Of a DNA stretch of 64,000 nt, positions 35,701 to 49,529 are shown in pieces. The stretch lies in NCBI GenBank assembly GCA_002633005.1, contig NMRA01000224.1:123988-187987 (forward strand), given 5' to 3'. The DNA comes from Phoronis australis (Eukaryota; Animalia; Phoronida). The notes under the pieces were generated by a model. It saw only the letters and a program-made list of their open reading frames with translations. It did no database searches and had not been told where the DNA came from. Each line of letters opens with the position of its first letter. Position 1 is the first letter of the stretch. The position numbers were made by a program, and so were the translations under genes.

Positions 35701-38700
35701 ATAGCCTAAGCCGTAGATTTGAGCAAATCGCGAGCGCAGGACTGGCCCCAATTGCAGAGGGTCCCCAGCTAGCACTATTTGGCCGTCACTTTCAGCACAC
35801 AGGCCTAGTGGGATGAGACATTCGGGCTCTGTGGCTTGTCCAGCCTGATAAACAAAATGTTAATTACAAAAAATACAATTTTCCTATGACACATTCATGA
35901 TACATTTTCTATCAAACGGCAGAAAGTTACTCAACATGATGTGAAAACTCACAGCTTAGTACAAAGCTCCAAAACAGCTGAACATCTTGAGTCTATTAAG
36001 TATTTCTCATTTCTGATAAAACAAAGCAAGAAACAAAATATTTGAAATAAAACTCAATTATTTTAATAGAGATATATAAGGAAGCGTGTTGAGGTTTAAA
36101 ATGTCATATCGTTTTAAGGCGGAAAAATGATTTGCTCAATTTGAGTTTCAATTTCAAGGCAAGTATTTTGTGGCATATTGTAAGGGTCTGATTACAGGGT
36201 CCTCACTCCCCTTAGGAGAAGGAGGAAGAACCATCTAATTTGGGAATCTTTCTCTAATAAGGGGGAACCCCCTTGATTGCCAGTAATTCCAAACTAATGT
36301 CAGTGCTTGATCCAAAGCATTGTGTTATGAATTACTTAAACCACCCATCAATCTTGGACTAGCCTAATAGGGATGTCAGGTAGTGAACCAATGCTTAATA
36401 CTATGTAATCATCCCTGTGCTTGTAATAATCCATATCCTGTTCCACACTGAGGCTGCAAGCTGTAACATTGTGAGGCATTGCCGTTAAAACTTGTCCGAG
36501 TGTCTGCCTAACTTGTAACTGATTATAAGGTCAGGGAATATTTGATCATTGGAAAAAAATAGTTGGCCTAGGGATACTTAAGTGTTTAGGAGGGGAAGGA
36601 GGGCAATCTTCGGTCCCAAAATCGAGCCATCAAGGGCCCTGAATTTCTAATCCAAAATTTCATAGGAGACAAATTTTTGAACTACAATTACTGCAATGTT
36701 GATTATGTATAGCACAGATTTACCTCGTCCACAAAGACATGGGTAAAATGTCCAGCCTTGAGTTTCAATGAGTACAGCAAGCCAGAGGTCACACACGTAC
36801 ATATGACAATTCGATGCCTGACCACAAGGGGGAGATCATCACCATAACTACAACACAATTTGATGCTCTCGGGTATACCGTCTTCATTTCGTTGAAATGC
36901 ATTCAGACGCACAAGGTCTCCAGTGTTGAGGGCACCACTCTGAAGGAGGCGCTCCGTCAGCAGGTCTGCCGCACTATTAGACGGCGTGCAGGCAATGATA
37001 CGGCTACGAGGCACATGGTGGAATACTTGCAACATGGCTTCCACAACAGTGACAGTCTTGCCTGTCCCAGGAGGACCAAACAAAATGTACGGAGTGGGCC
37101 GACAATGTCCGGCCAATATCCTTACAACAGCTGCACGCTGACGCTGGTTCAAGTTTTTATTGAAAAAACAAACACCGTCACGATCACTGGAATCAGCTGA
37201 AGCTAACGGCGTTGTATTCACTACCAAGGCATCCGATGGCTGCTTCCTCGGTCCTTGGTTCTTTGAGCTGTGTCTTGCCCGAGACTTGTGCGATGTTATC
37301 TTCACTTGGGCATCTTTGATGTTAACCTCCTTAGGAAACAACACTGCAAGACATTAACAAATTCTTTGCAACTCATCAAATATCAAACAAAACCAGTGCG
37401 TTTTATGGCATGTTTTGGCTCAGTCAGATCAGCAGACCACCAGCTGCAGATACACTGAAGGACATCGTCCATGAGATAAATAAACTAAACAACTCACAAA
37501 AACACAACTATCAGTAAAATTTAATCAAACGTACCAACAATTCATCGCTATGTGAGGCATACATCCTTTGGGCAATCTATCCCAATATTACGCCATTAGC
37601 CAACCGTTTATATGTGAGGCACACATCCTTTGGGCAATCTATCCCAATATTACGCCATTAGCCAACCGTTTATATGTGAGGCATACATCCTTTGGGCAGT
37701 CTATCCCAATATTACGCCATTAGCCAACCGTTTATATGTGAGGCATACATCCTTTGGGCAATCTATCCCAATATTACGCCATTAGCCAACCGTTTATATG
37801 TGAGGCATACATACTTTTGGGCAATCTATCCCAATATTACGCCATTAGCCAACCGTTTATATGTAATATTATGTCTCTACCTAGAGTGGAGCTCAGGTAA
37901 GACAAACAATAAAAAAATTGCAAAGCCAGAGGGAGTCTTCAGAAGAAGACCCTTACCAGTGTTTCAGGCCTTTAACTTCTTCTTTACACTGTAGGTGAGG
38001 GCGGCCAACATTCACTACTTAAAGTCATACTGGATAATAGAATATCCCAGTTACTGTCATGAAATGTAAAAAACCAATCATTTCCCATCATCTAGGTAAA
38101 ATAGCCCGACTAATGCAATGATTTATTGTCATTTTCCCATATTGACTCTCACCCACTTATTAGCATGTATGCACGTTTTCCGTCTAAAAACCAAGAAAGT
38201 CTAATTGGATCTCAGTGGCAGTCATTTCCTCTTTTACCTGTCTTACTCCGCGACTCTCCACTTAGCATGATGGGCTTGCAAGAGTGGTTACAATCACTGT
38301 CAAGTCGAAACCCGCTTAATGAAATATCCCCCTTATTATCATAATTTATGCCGAAACCTAAGGAGCTCCACTGTATCAGTAACAACGGCTGTCACGGCGT
38401 CTGAGTAATAACTCATTGTGTTAGACTCTTTCTCACAACTTACCTGAAATCTTTGTTGCCATAAATTATCACAAAACTTTGTTAATATACAGCTCTTGTT
38501 CTAGATGTTACATTGCTACCTAACATTTCAAGTTAACATGCATTACAAGTTTACCTTCTTTTCCTAAAGATAGCGCCATACTGACAGCTTGGTGGCACCT
38601 TCGTAGCGACGTCCTGCAAACAGCCAGTAAGTGCAAGATGTAGATTAGGATGTGTCTAAAATATGGCAAACATGCGACCCAACACAATGTTAAACAGAAC

Positions 38701-41700
38701 CTTTTGAAGTAGCAATTGTTGCAACTACTAGAAACATGTCATAAAAATGTGCATGAAAGCAAGATGTAATCAAATGGTAAAACAGAGGTTGAACAAATGA
38801 AAGATGAAGAGTTGTCAAATTGTGAAACTCTAGTTTGTACTTTGCAACATGCAGAACTAAGGAATGCGAAAAGCAAAAATATTCACACGGAAACCATATA
38901 AGTCATGAAGCGCCACCTACCGGTTAAAGTTGAACATAATATCGTAGCTTTCCCCATTATACTTGAGGTGAAATTCGCTGTGACACTTGATCTTTATGTC
39001 TTCACTAAGCACCTGTAAGAAAAGATTACTAGAATCATTACGACTTGCACCAGAACACAGCTTGACTTCTGAAAGACTCTACATAACATCACTGACTTGT
39101 GATCAAAAGGCAACTAATACCTGAGCTCGGTCACATACAAGGGGTTTGGTTGGCGAAAATTTTATGTTTGACTGATGCATGATGTCAAGTGCGGCCATAT
39201 ATAATGGTCTCCAGTGCATTCTGGGCTTACTTCCTATTACTGCACATTATATTTTTTGTAATAAACATTGAAAAAGTATTCAAGTCAACGATTATACATG
39301 GTGTGTGACAATATGATGTCATTGCTGCTAACCTTAAACTGTAATCGAACCGGGAATGATAATATCACAAAAGTGTACATCACTTTAACATTGGTTGAAT
39401 AATGTTCAAATTTGATGTCATGTAAAAATCGGAGTTATCCAGAAGACAAAATTCCTCTTCAGATCTTATCAAAATCTTCCCAGGATAACAACTGAATATG
39501 TGTCAGATAATACAAAAATCATGTCAATCAGGTGACGTGTGTCAATCAAATGTTTCAGATGACCCATTACTAAACCTGTCAACCTCACTTGCCTCATGAA
39601 CACAACCCTCGTACTGAACACCAACCCCATGGTCTTCAGGGTGTGCCAAGATAATAGTATCTCCAACAAGAACAGACGGTCTGCCCTCGGCAAGCCCTGG
39701 CCCCACTCTCAAGACCAGGAACTCCCCCGCACTCCTCAGACACTGATCCAGCATATCGTACTCCCGGATGTCAATTTCCATCTGTATCTCCTCTAGATGG
39801 AGCAGTGTACCAAGTCGAGTGGCGTAATTTTCTAAATCCAGTGACTGACTTAATTCAGGGATCAAGTCGGACAAATCCAGTTTGTTAGATACGCAATCAC
39901 GCAATTCTTGCGGTATACGGTACTGCGGTAGCCTGCTAGGAAGCTTCACACTCAAACTTGACCTCTTGGGTTTCTGACCTGGCACTACCCACTCTGGTGT
40001 GACATTTGGTGCTTTACGATCTCTGAGTCTCGCTCGCCTGTCATAGGGAGTGACTGGGTTCAACAGCTGCTCGTGACTATCTACGACAGCAACATGCACA
40101 TGGCGACCAATTTTGAATTTTTTAAAGTCAAACACGAGAAGTTGTCTGTCTGTTCCAGGGTATCTGAAAACCAAATGGCGTGAAGTAAGCTACTAGTAAA
40201 TATTTCAAAATCATACACCATTGTGCTATTGTGTGAAAATACACAATAAAAAGCCCCAGCCAAGAGTGAATTTTCTTGGCATTGTTCAAGAACAATCTAA
40301 GTCAATATGTCAAGAATGGGTACAAAATGCATGTTTGTTATCTTCAGATGTATGCAGTTTCAAAGACTTTCATGTACAAAACTCTAAACTGAGCAAATGT
40401 CGTTGAGTAAACATCGCATTGAACAGCAATGTTGTAAATAATAAATATGTAAATTTGTTCGTTTGCATTTTTATATTTTTAAACATTCAGTTTTAATGGG
40501 AATGAAAATCTGCACAATCTCACAGGTCAGAATTTTAAGAAATAAAGAACTCCAAAGAAATATTCAATGAAAGTTTAACCTACTAAGCAGCACATTTATC
40601 TTAACATCTCACTTCATTTCACTTTGCCTTAAGTTCAGTCTTACTTAGCCACACAAGTGATCTCCATTTTTACTGAAGAATTAGGTGGAATAAAGACAGC
40701 TGTAGTTGAGTCCCCACCACCAGGGGGCTCCTTTGTAGTCACCACAGGAGACACTGCAAACTGGCAGTCAGTGTCACACTTGAAACTGTATTTAAGTAAA
40801 GTCTGCCAAGTAAACGCCGAGTTTCTGAAGCGGAACAAATTAACAAATTAAGCATGGACTCACTAAAATGTAAAAACAAATTCATATTTTAAATCGTTGA
40901 CAATAACTGATCTTCCACAACAGCAAAAGCCAAATCAACATACTTTTAGTCACTTGGTTGTTTAATTTTTGCATCAAACACAAACAATACACCTTATTCA
41001 CAAATTGCCAAATTACAAAGAACCCCCTTTGTTTTTTTCAAAAACAATGCATTCTGCACTTAACACAGTGCAAAACATGACTTTTTTGCCTGGTTATATT
41101 TATGCCTCAAATGCATTGCTTTTTAAACCTAAACGAGGCTCTTTCATAAAATGGCGTTAGTGTGAATAGGGTCTATAGCTTTCAACATGCAGAAATCACT
41201 CGTCAGTAAATTACCATTTTCCAACAAATTTTCCGAGGTATTGACCTTGCCAATGTAAGGTACATTAATTTGCACAATTATAATTGCTTTGATCTAACTT
41301 ATTACAGACAACCAGGTGAAAAACCAGGTCACTCTTCAATTTAGGACCCCATAAGGCAAACATGAGGAATTTTTTTATTTTGTCAAATTTCTCTACAATA
41401 CAACCATTGAGAAAAAAATGTCATCAATTGCAAGATTTGTTTTGAACAGCAAACTAATAGATGTAACGTATTAGGGAAAATGCACAACATTTTATCAATG
41501 AGCTCCGCTATTGGTAAATGGAACAAGAGCAACGCAGAGCGTTGAAATGCGCCCACAATTGCACCGTATACGGTATCCTTCTAGGGTTGTTTATTGGTAC
41601 CATAAAGTGGCCAGTAGAATGTAGTATGTTGTACTTTGCAAAATGGAAAGGTCATTGTCTCCTAGGGGGAAAATGTTTGGTTGATAGAGGGGTGGACGCC

Positions 41701-44700
41701 AAAAAACAGAATCAAAAACAGTAAAAATGGTCACTGGGTGTCTGTTGTTAACATCATATAAATACACTTACTAAATTTCGTAAAGATCCTGCGAACGGTT
41801 TAGGAGATACAGCCATAGGCGCAAAAAACAAAACTGCCACTAGGAGGCGCCACAGTAGTCCAAATCGTCTGAAAATCATTGTCAACTGTCCTCTTTATGG
41901 TAAGCACATACATGCCAATTTTCACAATCATCCTTTGAGCGGTTTGGTTGATAGAGGGGTGGACGCAAAAATACAGACTCGAAAACAGTAAAAATGGCCA
42001 CTAGGTGGCGCAAACTACGTCGAATCCATCTGAAAACNNNNNNNNNNNNNNNNNNNNNNNNNNNNNNNNNNNNNNNNNNNNNNNNNNNNNNNNNNNNNNN
42101 NNNNNNNNNNNNNNNNNNNNNNNNNNNNNNNNNNNNNNNNNNNNNNNNNNNNNNNNNNNNNNNNNNNNNNNNNNNNNNNNNNNNNNNNNNNNNNNNNNNN
42201 NNNNNNNNNNNNNNNNNNNNNNNNNNNNNNNNNNNNNNNNNNNNNNNNNNNNNNNNNNNNNNNNNNNNNNNNNNNNNNNNNNNNNNNNNNNNNNNNNNNN
42301 NNNNNNNNNNNNNNNNNNNNNNNNNNNNCAAAGGTAAGCGTAAAAACCTAAAATTGCCACTAGGGGACACACCGGTAGTCGGATCTGTCCGAAAGTTCGC
42401 ACATGCCGTCCTATTCATGAATGGAACATATGTGCCAAATTTCATGAACGTATGTCAAAGGGTTTTGGAGATAAAGCAGCGGACGCCGGACGCTGGACGG
42501 ACGCCGCCCGGACGGACGGACAGAGATGACGGCATAATGCGTCCACATATAAATATGTGGGCGCATAAAAATGGTTACTAATAGTAATATTTTAACAATT
42601 ACTTTTTTGCTAAATTGAGGAGAGATTACCGAACAGACAAGTGGCTAAGCGATCATATTTTGGTGTTTTCTGAAAGAAATTGTGGAATTCCATTTAACCG
42701 AGAACAAAATAATTAACGCTAAGCCATACTTGTGCAATGTAGCTGATAAGTCCAGAATGTGTGTGACGAAGAAGTGACCAATCAGAGAGCCATAATTTAT
42801 GAGGTCACAATTTACAAAGCCCATGCATTCATGATTTCGACTGGAAGCGTTGCATTGTGTAAGCTTAAGACATGTCATATTCCAAGTCCCCCAGCACCAC
42901 TAATTTGCAATCTTCAGGGACCAAACTGGTATCATTTCGTTAGTTAAGACATCATCTTCATATTACAAATCAGGTCTGGATTGCTGATACTTTGAACAGT
43001 TCAAAAACACATTAATTTGTTAAAATCCCAGAAATTAGTCGTCCCTCCTGTCTTAGTTATGTCTTCCTAATATAACTGAAGAAAAAAATGATTGGCGTAT
43101 TTGTCACAATCCTCAACTTTAATTTTGTTAAATTGGTTGACAGGTGGTATCACTTTAAGAAAACATATCGGACTAGTGTAATTCTTGAGCTCACCTTATG
43201 GTAATGGTGAGCTCTTTCTTCTGTCCACGGTTAAGTTGCTTGAAGTCTAAGTTCTCCGTGATTATAATGCCGTTCTTGTCACGTAGCAGTTCCTGCATAA
43301 AGCCACCAAGTGCAGGAAGGGCTGCCGCACTGAAACAACCAACATAATGGGTTGGTCAAATGTTGCCCCGTTCAGATGATAAATTTGACCTGCAAATTTA
43401 TCTAGAAGAAGATTTTGAGGCACATATTGTCTGAGCCGATGGAACTTGCCAACGAACAAACTACAACCGACATGTCCATCAATCTGCTATCCTTCTCTAA
43501 GGAATTACAAAATGTGCTGGAACATTCTCTTCCAGTTTAAATGACCAAGTGAACCTAATATTGTGTCAAGGTAGATCGAGAAGCAATCACCCGATTGTGA
43601 AACAGCATGTCAGCAACACAAGCAAAGCATTATCAACGAATGGTGAAGGGACGTCCTGGTTTCCCGCCGTTCTGTTCTCCGGAAGTAGTATGACGTCCGG
43701 AGAACAAAACGGCGGGAAACCAAGATGTCCCTTCACCATTCGTTGATAAAGGACTGTAGAGTGCAGTCCGAGACGTTTGATCTCTTAATTCTTCATTCTC
43801 TGAGTTGATTTATTTAATTCACACCTTCATCGAGAGTATGAAAACCCTTTTTTCGATCACATGCAAAGCAGTTTCTATTACTGACTTCCATACTGACACA
43901 ATTTCTGAACTATTCATCTCAATGATCATATCGAGGTCAAGTTAACCTAGATTAGCTCTTGGACAAAGAACTTGTCTTTGTCTTTGAAACACAGATACAG
44001 ACATTCGAATCATTCACTTTCTTAAGAAACATAAAACACTTAATATTGAATCAAAATGAAAATACTGCTAATATTAAAGTTGACATACCTGACATTTTTC
44101 TTGAGCGAGTCCACTCTTGGCTTAGGGGAGACAGCCACTGCCCTCCAACAGCATTTGCCCTGGGAACTCTCTATGATCTGAGCTGAAACCCAATCTCCCC
44201 TCCTTGGCTTATACCCATTAATACAGACGGTAAACGTGAAATAAACATCTGAATCGATAAAGCCAAACTGCTGTTGTTGAACGCTGTTGACCTGACCTTC
44301 GTATGATTGCTCTCTCAGAGGTACTACTGTCGTTTGATCATCACTGAATGACACTACCACCCAGTCTCCAACCAGGGGTTGAAACGTATCACTAAAGGCA
44401 GAGACGGCTACATGCAGGTCTTGGTTCACCGTCACACAATCACTAACAACATTCGTGATAATGCCAATAACTGACTGTTGAGAACCAGAACAAGTTGATT
44501 TCCTATTATTCCAGTCATCATCGTCATCCACCATTTCAACTCGCTCAGCTTTCCACCCACCATCACCATGAGATCGTTTTGCCTTAATGCTCACCTGGTC
44601 TCCAAGTTGTGGACGGATATTTCCCTGAACACTAGTAAATTCAAAATATATTTCGTGATCTATGAGCCCGTATCCACTATGGAGACTAGTCACTTGACCC

Positions 44701-44834
44701 ACCAGGCTACGTTCATGCTCTCTACAGTCAGTCTGCGTCAATGTTTGAGGGACAAACTGGTCATCATAGGTCTCTTCTACTTGTACCTGATGACCAGCAA
44801 AGTAGTTGAATATCTTTGAAAGTCCACTCAACAT
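29798..44834 (-). CDS. MOV10L1: MOV10L1/Armitage-like UPF1-family (SF1B) RNA helicase, 1604 aa. Coding exons: 44834-44089, 43329-43195, 40824-40645, 40163-39593, 39012-38921, 38613-38555, 37343-36724, 35844-35614, 35047-34874, 34408-34259, 33109-33002, 32278-32138, 31405-29798
   Basis: Exons sum to 4815 nt in frame. N-terminal OB/cold-shock-like repeats ([29 protein letters not shown]) favour MOV10L1 over MOV10. Also present: [13 protein letters not shown], Walker [18 protein letters not shown], Walker B VFVDE|[44 protein letters not shown] and [10 protein letters not shown]. Confidence 0.92.
37549..37864. repeat. 62-bp tandem repeat x5, near-identical copies, in a MOV10L1 intron
   Basis: Unit TATGTGAGGCATACATCCTTTGGGCAATCTATCCCAATATTACGCCATTAGCCAACCGTTTA. 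Confidence 0.97.
39013..39592 (-). other. GC-AG intron in MOV10L1
   Basis: Donor GAG|GCAAGT joins YEGCVHE to VLSEDIKIK in phase 0. The GT 4 nt downstream would shift the frame. Confidence 0.8.
41522..42571. mobile_element. Helentron-associated (HINE/pearl-like) non-autonomous element with internal tandem repeats; spans a gap
   Basis: Starts AACAAGAGC..GCGCCCAC; degenerate internal repeats contain CCACTAGG(N)GGCGC; a (GGAC)n microsatellite precedes a terminal hairpin ATGCGTCCACATAT-AA-ATATGTGGGCGCAT and an A-run. Confidence 0.7.
42038..42328. other. Assembly gap
   Basis: Run of N. Confidence 1.
43630..43749. repeat. 120-bp near-perfect palindrome (foldback MITE-like)
   Basis: Arms of ~55 bp (TTATCAACGAATGGTGAAGGGAC...CTCCGGA / TCCGGAG...GTCCCTTCACCATTCGTTGATAA) with ~3 mismatches. 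Confidence 0.92.
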
Positions 44835-47659
44835 CTTGTCAACGAATCTGGGTCATCTGCAAGAACAACATCGTTAAGCATGACCAACAAGCAAATTTTA
44901 ACTATATCCAAATACCCATGTCCAGGACAGTTGTGTACTTGGACACGGGCGACGAGTTTGGACATGACAACAAACTAACAGCTTTTAAACTGCTTGACCT
45001 TTCGATCGAGTTCAGTCAATGAATGACCCCCAACGAAGGTCAAGCAGCAGCCAATTACAGCAATCGACATGCACGTATTATAGTGACGAGAATGCGAACG
45101 TCACAAGACTTCCAGCACATTTATGTAGCTATAAGGCAGTACTCCCATTTTTACCTATATGGTGTATAGTAGAGGTAATCCTGTGTTGTAAAAAAACAAA
45201 ATATATTCCCAGGAGGGATTGGCCTGGTCAAGAACAGGTTTATCTGTTCCATATAAGCAAGGATGAACATGGGAGACTCGGAAATTGCTGGATCCTGCCA
45301 GATCAAGATCCGGGATGATCCGTCTTCATTTTCGGGTTTGATGGTCATTGGATGACTGCCACACCGGTGGCAACACAAAAGCTGCATCGACAAGCTCAGG
45401 CAAAACAAGATAGCAAAAAGGAAACAACACGGTCCCATAGGGATGACCATGGACCGTCACAGCAGAACGACAGACCAAGGAGGCAAAGACCATCGGACAG
45501 TCCTGGATGAACACAGAACAGCACGGCATTTACAAAGACCACTTCAAATGTCTTCATCTCCCAGGCCACAAACACAGCAGTTTTAAACTTCCCAAAACAG
45601 CCGTGTTGGCCTCCCAGAGTCCCAAAGAACCTTCTTGGATATTCTAGAACTAGCAAGGATCGCTGCGGACCATCACGGCAGCTACACGATGCAGTTGCCA
45701 AATTGTGCCAATTGATTGATTGAGGCAATGCTGACTGGTGGCGTGCCGGTGGTTGTGGCCTTACGTTATACGTGCTTCTGAAGAATCATATCAGCCTCTC
45801 ATTAACAAGCAATTGTCTATTACCTGAATGGTTAGCATGTTTGCTGGTTTTATCTGCGACACTGGCTCGATTCCTGGGTCGGGTGATCTCAGCAATTACT
45901 AACAGTTGGTGTACTAATAGTTGGCAAACGGATGATATACCAATCAAACACTGTCAACTAGGACCCGTCGACCTTGGATAGTGCGCATGGTGTGGTGATG
46001 ATAAAGTTACAGGAGTTGAGGACATGTATGAAAGACCCCTTGTGTTCACCTGTGATGATGGTAGCAAGGGAACTTGATAACCTGTATGCGAGACAATCGG
46101 GTGTTAACCTTCCTGGTGCCCTGCCTGCTCCGCAGGAATGATGTAGACATGTTTCAGGTGAATCATATGAACTTCTGTTACCCACTTGTTAACGAGCGAT
46201 TGCGTAGTATTACCTGAATGGTTACCACGCTTGCTAGTTTTGTCGGGTTCACTGGTTCAATCCCTGGGATGGGTGATCTTGGCAATTACTACACACAGTG
46301 TACCATAATATCGGACGGATCTAAACATCGGACGCTTTATGAAATCATACCTGAAGCAAAATCTGAGGCATAGACTACAACTAATTTCTGTTCCATTGCA
46401 ATGCAGTCAATACGTGGCACTATCTTGTTTTTATAGCGTTGTCTCGTTTCGATTTCATCGAGAGGGTGCAATTTAGAACCAAGTGGACGATCGTATAAAA
46501 CACCTATAAAAGTTGAAACTAAAATCTTTCTCCACAATGAAAACATCTGAATAAACTGACAATACTCTATTCCACCATTTAATTTGTCTTTAAATTCAAG
46601 TCAAACATCAGCAGCGCATGTACTCGTGTCATATCAAGAATACAAAGAGAAATGCACTGAGACTGCACAAGCTTTGGTTGTCTGCATCGATTCATTGAAA
46701 CAATACAGTGCAGTCACCTGATAATTTCTTTCAGATTATTTTGTTGCGAAGAGAGTTATGTTACCAACAAATACGTCAAAACACACAAGCCATAATTTGG
46801 TGATGAGATGCCTGTGGCCATTACATGGTAAGTCGGTTCGCCATGGTGTGGTGCACTATGTGGCAACATGGTGTAACTATGATACAATCATTAGGTTACG
46901 GGGGAGGGGGTAGTCAGCCAGCTAGCTGTATGAAGACTATCGTCACAATACAGCTAGGTGCCACTGTCTAATGATCTTCCATAGACACCGAAATTTCACA
47001 CAGCCAAGGTAGTTCTGCTCGTCACCTCGCTGTGAAACTTGTTTCAACATGTAAAGCTAAAGACCGGATGGGGTGCATGCAAAATCTGGGAGTCAACCGA
47101 CACTCACCTTGCCCGTTACATCCGTTAAAATGAAAAACAATGCAACAAAGGTCATTCTCTTGCGTCATTATTGTCTTTTTGTAACAATGAAAAGTGTGTT
47201 GTCGTTTTGAAAACAGTACGCTGGTGTCACGCGCATGAGCCATTTCCTAAATTTTTGTGACAACTTTGCAGCAGCAAAATTTGTTCTTAAATTCAGTTTT
47301 TCAGTATCGAAATTCTAAAAACTTATAATGAAGTGACACCAGTCAGTTCCAATAACTTGTTGTGACGTGTACACAACCTCGTGAAAGAACAACAGTTGAT
47401 TGAAGAATTGGCAAAAAAGAAACTGGCCAACAGGTGATGCAATATTTCATGGTGCCGAAAGCTGACGCAGAAGATCGCTCCACAACTTTAGCAGCAGCAT
47501 AACAGAACACCATTTTTTCCAACACCGTTAAATAATTCAGTTTACTCAAGAAAGACTGTAGTTTTTAAGGACACTAATTTTGTGACAGATTTTACTTTAC
47601 CACTTTTTGCCCCCTCCCCCCCAGGGCAAAGCTGGGGGGGTTAACTTAAGGTTTACTGA

Positions 47660-49166
47660 TTGTGCAAAGACATCCTTTTTTCATGTCATTTTTAGCAAAA
47701 ATAAGGTACGTTGGTTATCCCAGACATATTTTACACTTGTAATTTTTCAGAATTTAATTAATTACTCGTACTCTACTCCAGAAGTGACGTTTTGGGAGGC
47801 AAGGTTTTTGAGCCAATTTGGCTCTGCATTGAGTTTAGTGTGAGAATCTGCACTACTTTTATTTTCGGGCTGTTTTTCTAAAATTGTTGTCACCACTTCC
47901 CATCGACGAGTTTTCTACGACAAACTAGGTTGTTAGAGAACCCAATTACATTGAATTTAGGGATTCTTTAGTTTGTATTGATCTGAAAATGACTGGAGTC
48001 GGCGACCCATATCACACTGACAGTAGTGACGTGAGTAACGGAGACATTGTTTATATAGCAGTGGTGATGAGGAATTTGTTCACGGACAGTCAGTGGGTGG
48101 GTATACTTTGAATGTTTGAGCCCGAGTATAATGAGGCAGAGTATGCACAGGCACAACTGTCCCACTTGTCCCAGTGTTCCGCGACACACTCCCACTGGAT
48201 GGTGACCTGAGCACCCAAAATGCTTACATCCCGCAGTGTGACTCCCTCGCCACACACCTGGCACTTTCAAAATAGCTCCAATACTTTAGACAAGTCCACA
48301 ATAAACTTATCAAAGTTTGGCTCACCGATCTGTTCGTTGGACGACGAACTGTCCTCTTCACTGGGTGTCAAACTGGGCCTGTATTCACTCCCACAACTCA
48401 ACATCGCTGCAGGGCTGCTTACAGGCTCTGTGTTAGAAACAACAGCACAGGGAGAATCACTGCTAGTTCCCAAAATTGCACGCTCTGTACCTTCGGAGGC
48501 ACGGGCGACAGTAGATGAAGTGCCTCCAGTCACTGTAGTGGCCACAGCTCGCAAGGCTTCTCACTTCAAAAACGCACTTCTCGGGGGTGGCGACAGAGCA
48601 CTGCAGGGAATCAACAGCTACGGTATCGCATCCTTCTTCAGGCGTTGTTTCACAGGGACCTTTATCAATTCAGCGTACATATCCTTCTCGTAATCTGACG
48701 GCAGAAAATGCTTGCCACACACTCGGTAACCCTCCACTGTTTTGAACGTTGCGTTGAGGGGTAACGCTGCATTCTTCACACGAGCGAGCCAAGTTCGGCG
48801 AAGTGTGTCATCCTTTGGAAAGCGATGCAAAGCCTGGTATTCCCAAAGCGTGCGCGAGATGGTAATGAGTACATCCCGGTCCGCAGCAACAGTGTGGCAT
48901 GTTGTCTGACTTTGTAAACAAAAGCAAACAACGACCGAACTTATCACAACCGTGGTTCAACAATGACTGACTCGACAGCTCTCACAGTCAGACTTTATGA
49001 AAAGAAATTGGCGCCAAATTCCTGCCTCCCAAAACGTCATTTCCGGAGTCGAGCACAAGTAGTTAATTAAATTACGAAAAGCTGTAATTAAGTGAAAAAT
49101 ATGTCTGGGATAACCAACGAACCTTATTTTTGCTAAAAATGACATGAGGAAAGGTTGCCTTCGCCT
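47660..49166 (-). mobile_element. Kolobok-type DNA transposon, internally deleted, ~190-bp TIRs
   Basis: 47664-47845 is an inverted copy of ~48980-49164. The right end is ...GCCT|TTAA; the left tip is degenerate. Carries a THAP pseudo-ORF. Confidence 0.8.
48130..48900 (-). pseudogene. Decayed THAP-domain transposase N-terminal half
   Basis: MPHCCCGPGC (frameshift) LHRFPKDDTLRRTW..VCGKHF..RLKKDAIP* is a THAP domain. The same frame continues through stops to KFIVDLSKVLELF*KCQVCG..GAQVTIQWECVAEHWDKWDS, the Cys/His region seen before the DDE core of Kolobok-type transposases. No DDE core is present. Confidence 0.8.
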
Positions 49167-49529
49167 TTAAGATCTATCAGGATATAAATCATGCTGGCAA
49201 GTCTTAGTAATTGAAGAAATACATAAAAGTGAGTCTCTCTTTCAGTAAAAAAATACAATAGTCCGTAATATTTCTGAGAAGTATGGAAAATTTGCCATGC
49301 CAAAAACTCTGAGAGGTCCTTTGACTATGTATACACCTTGTACACACGGCCCATCCAAGAGAAACGCACTTTTATCCTGGCAAGTAGGCCTACCCAAATA
49401 GAGGGTTTTGAATTGTGACGTTGAGTCACATACAGTTATCTTTCTGAGAATGCATCCTAAAATAATTATAGCCTACATACGTCAGGCCCTTGAGGCCCTT
49501 TGCCTTTGGTTTCCTGTGAAAGTTTATGG

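Noticed and set aside
37549-37864. CRISPR-like 62-bp periodic array
   Set aside because: Units are near-identical over their full length, with no unique spacers and no cas genes.
12861-42581. Long ORFs containing X runs at 12.9, 22.1 and 42.0 kb
   Set aside because: Artefacts of N gaps.
43330-43389. Upstream acceptor at 43390 for MOV10L1 exon 2
   Set aside because: It introduces an in-frame TGA; the acceptor at 43330 keeps the frame.
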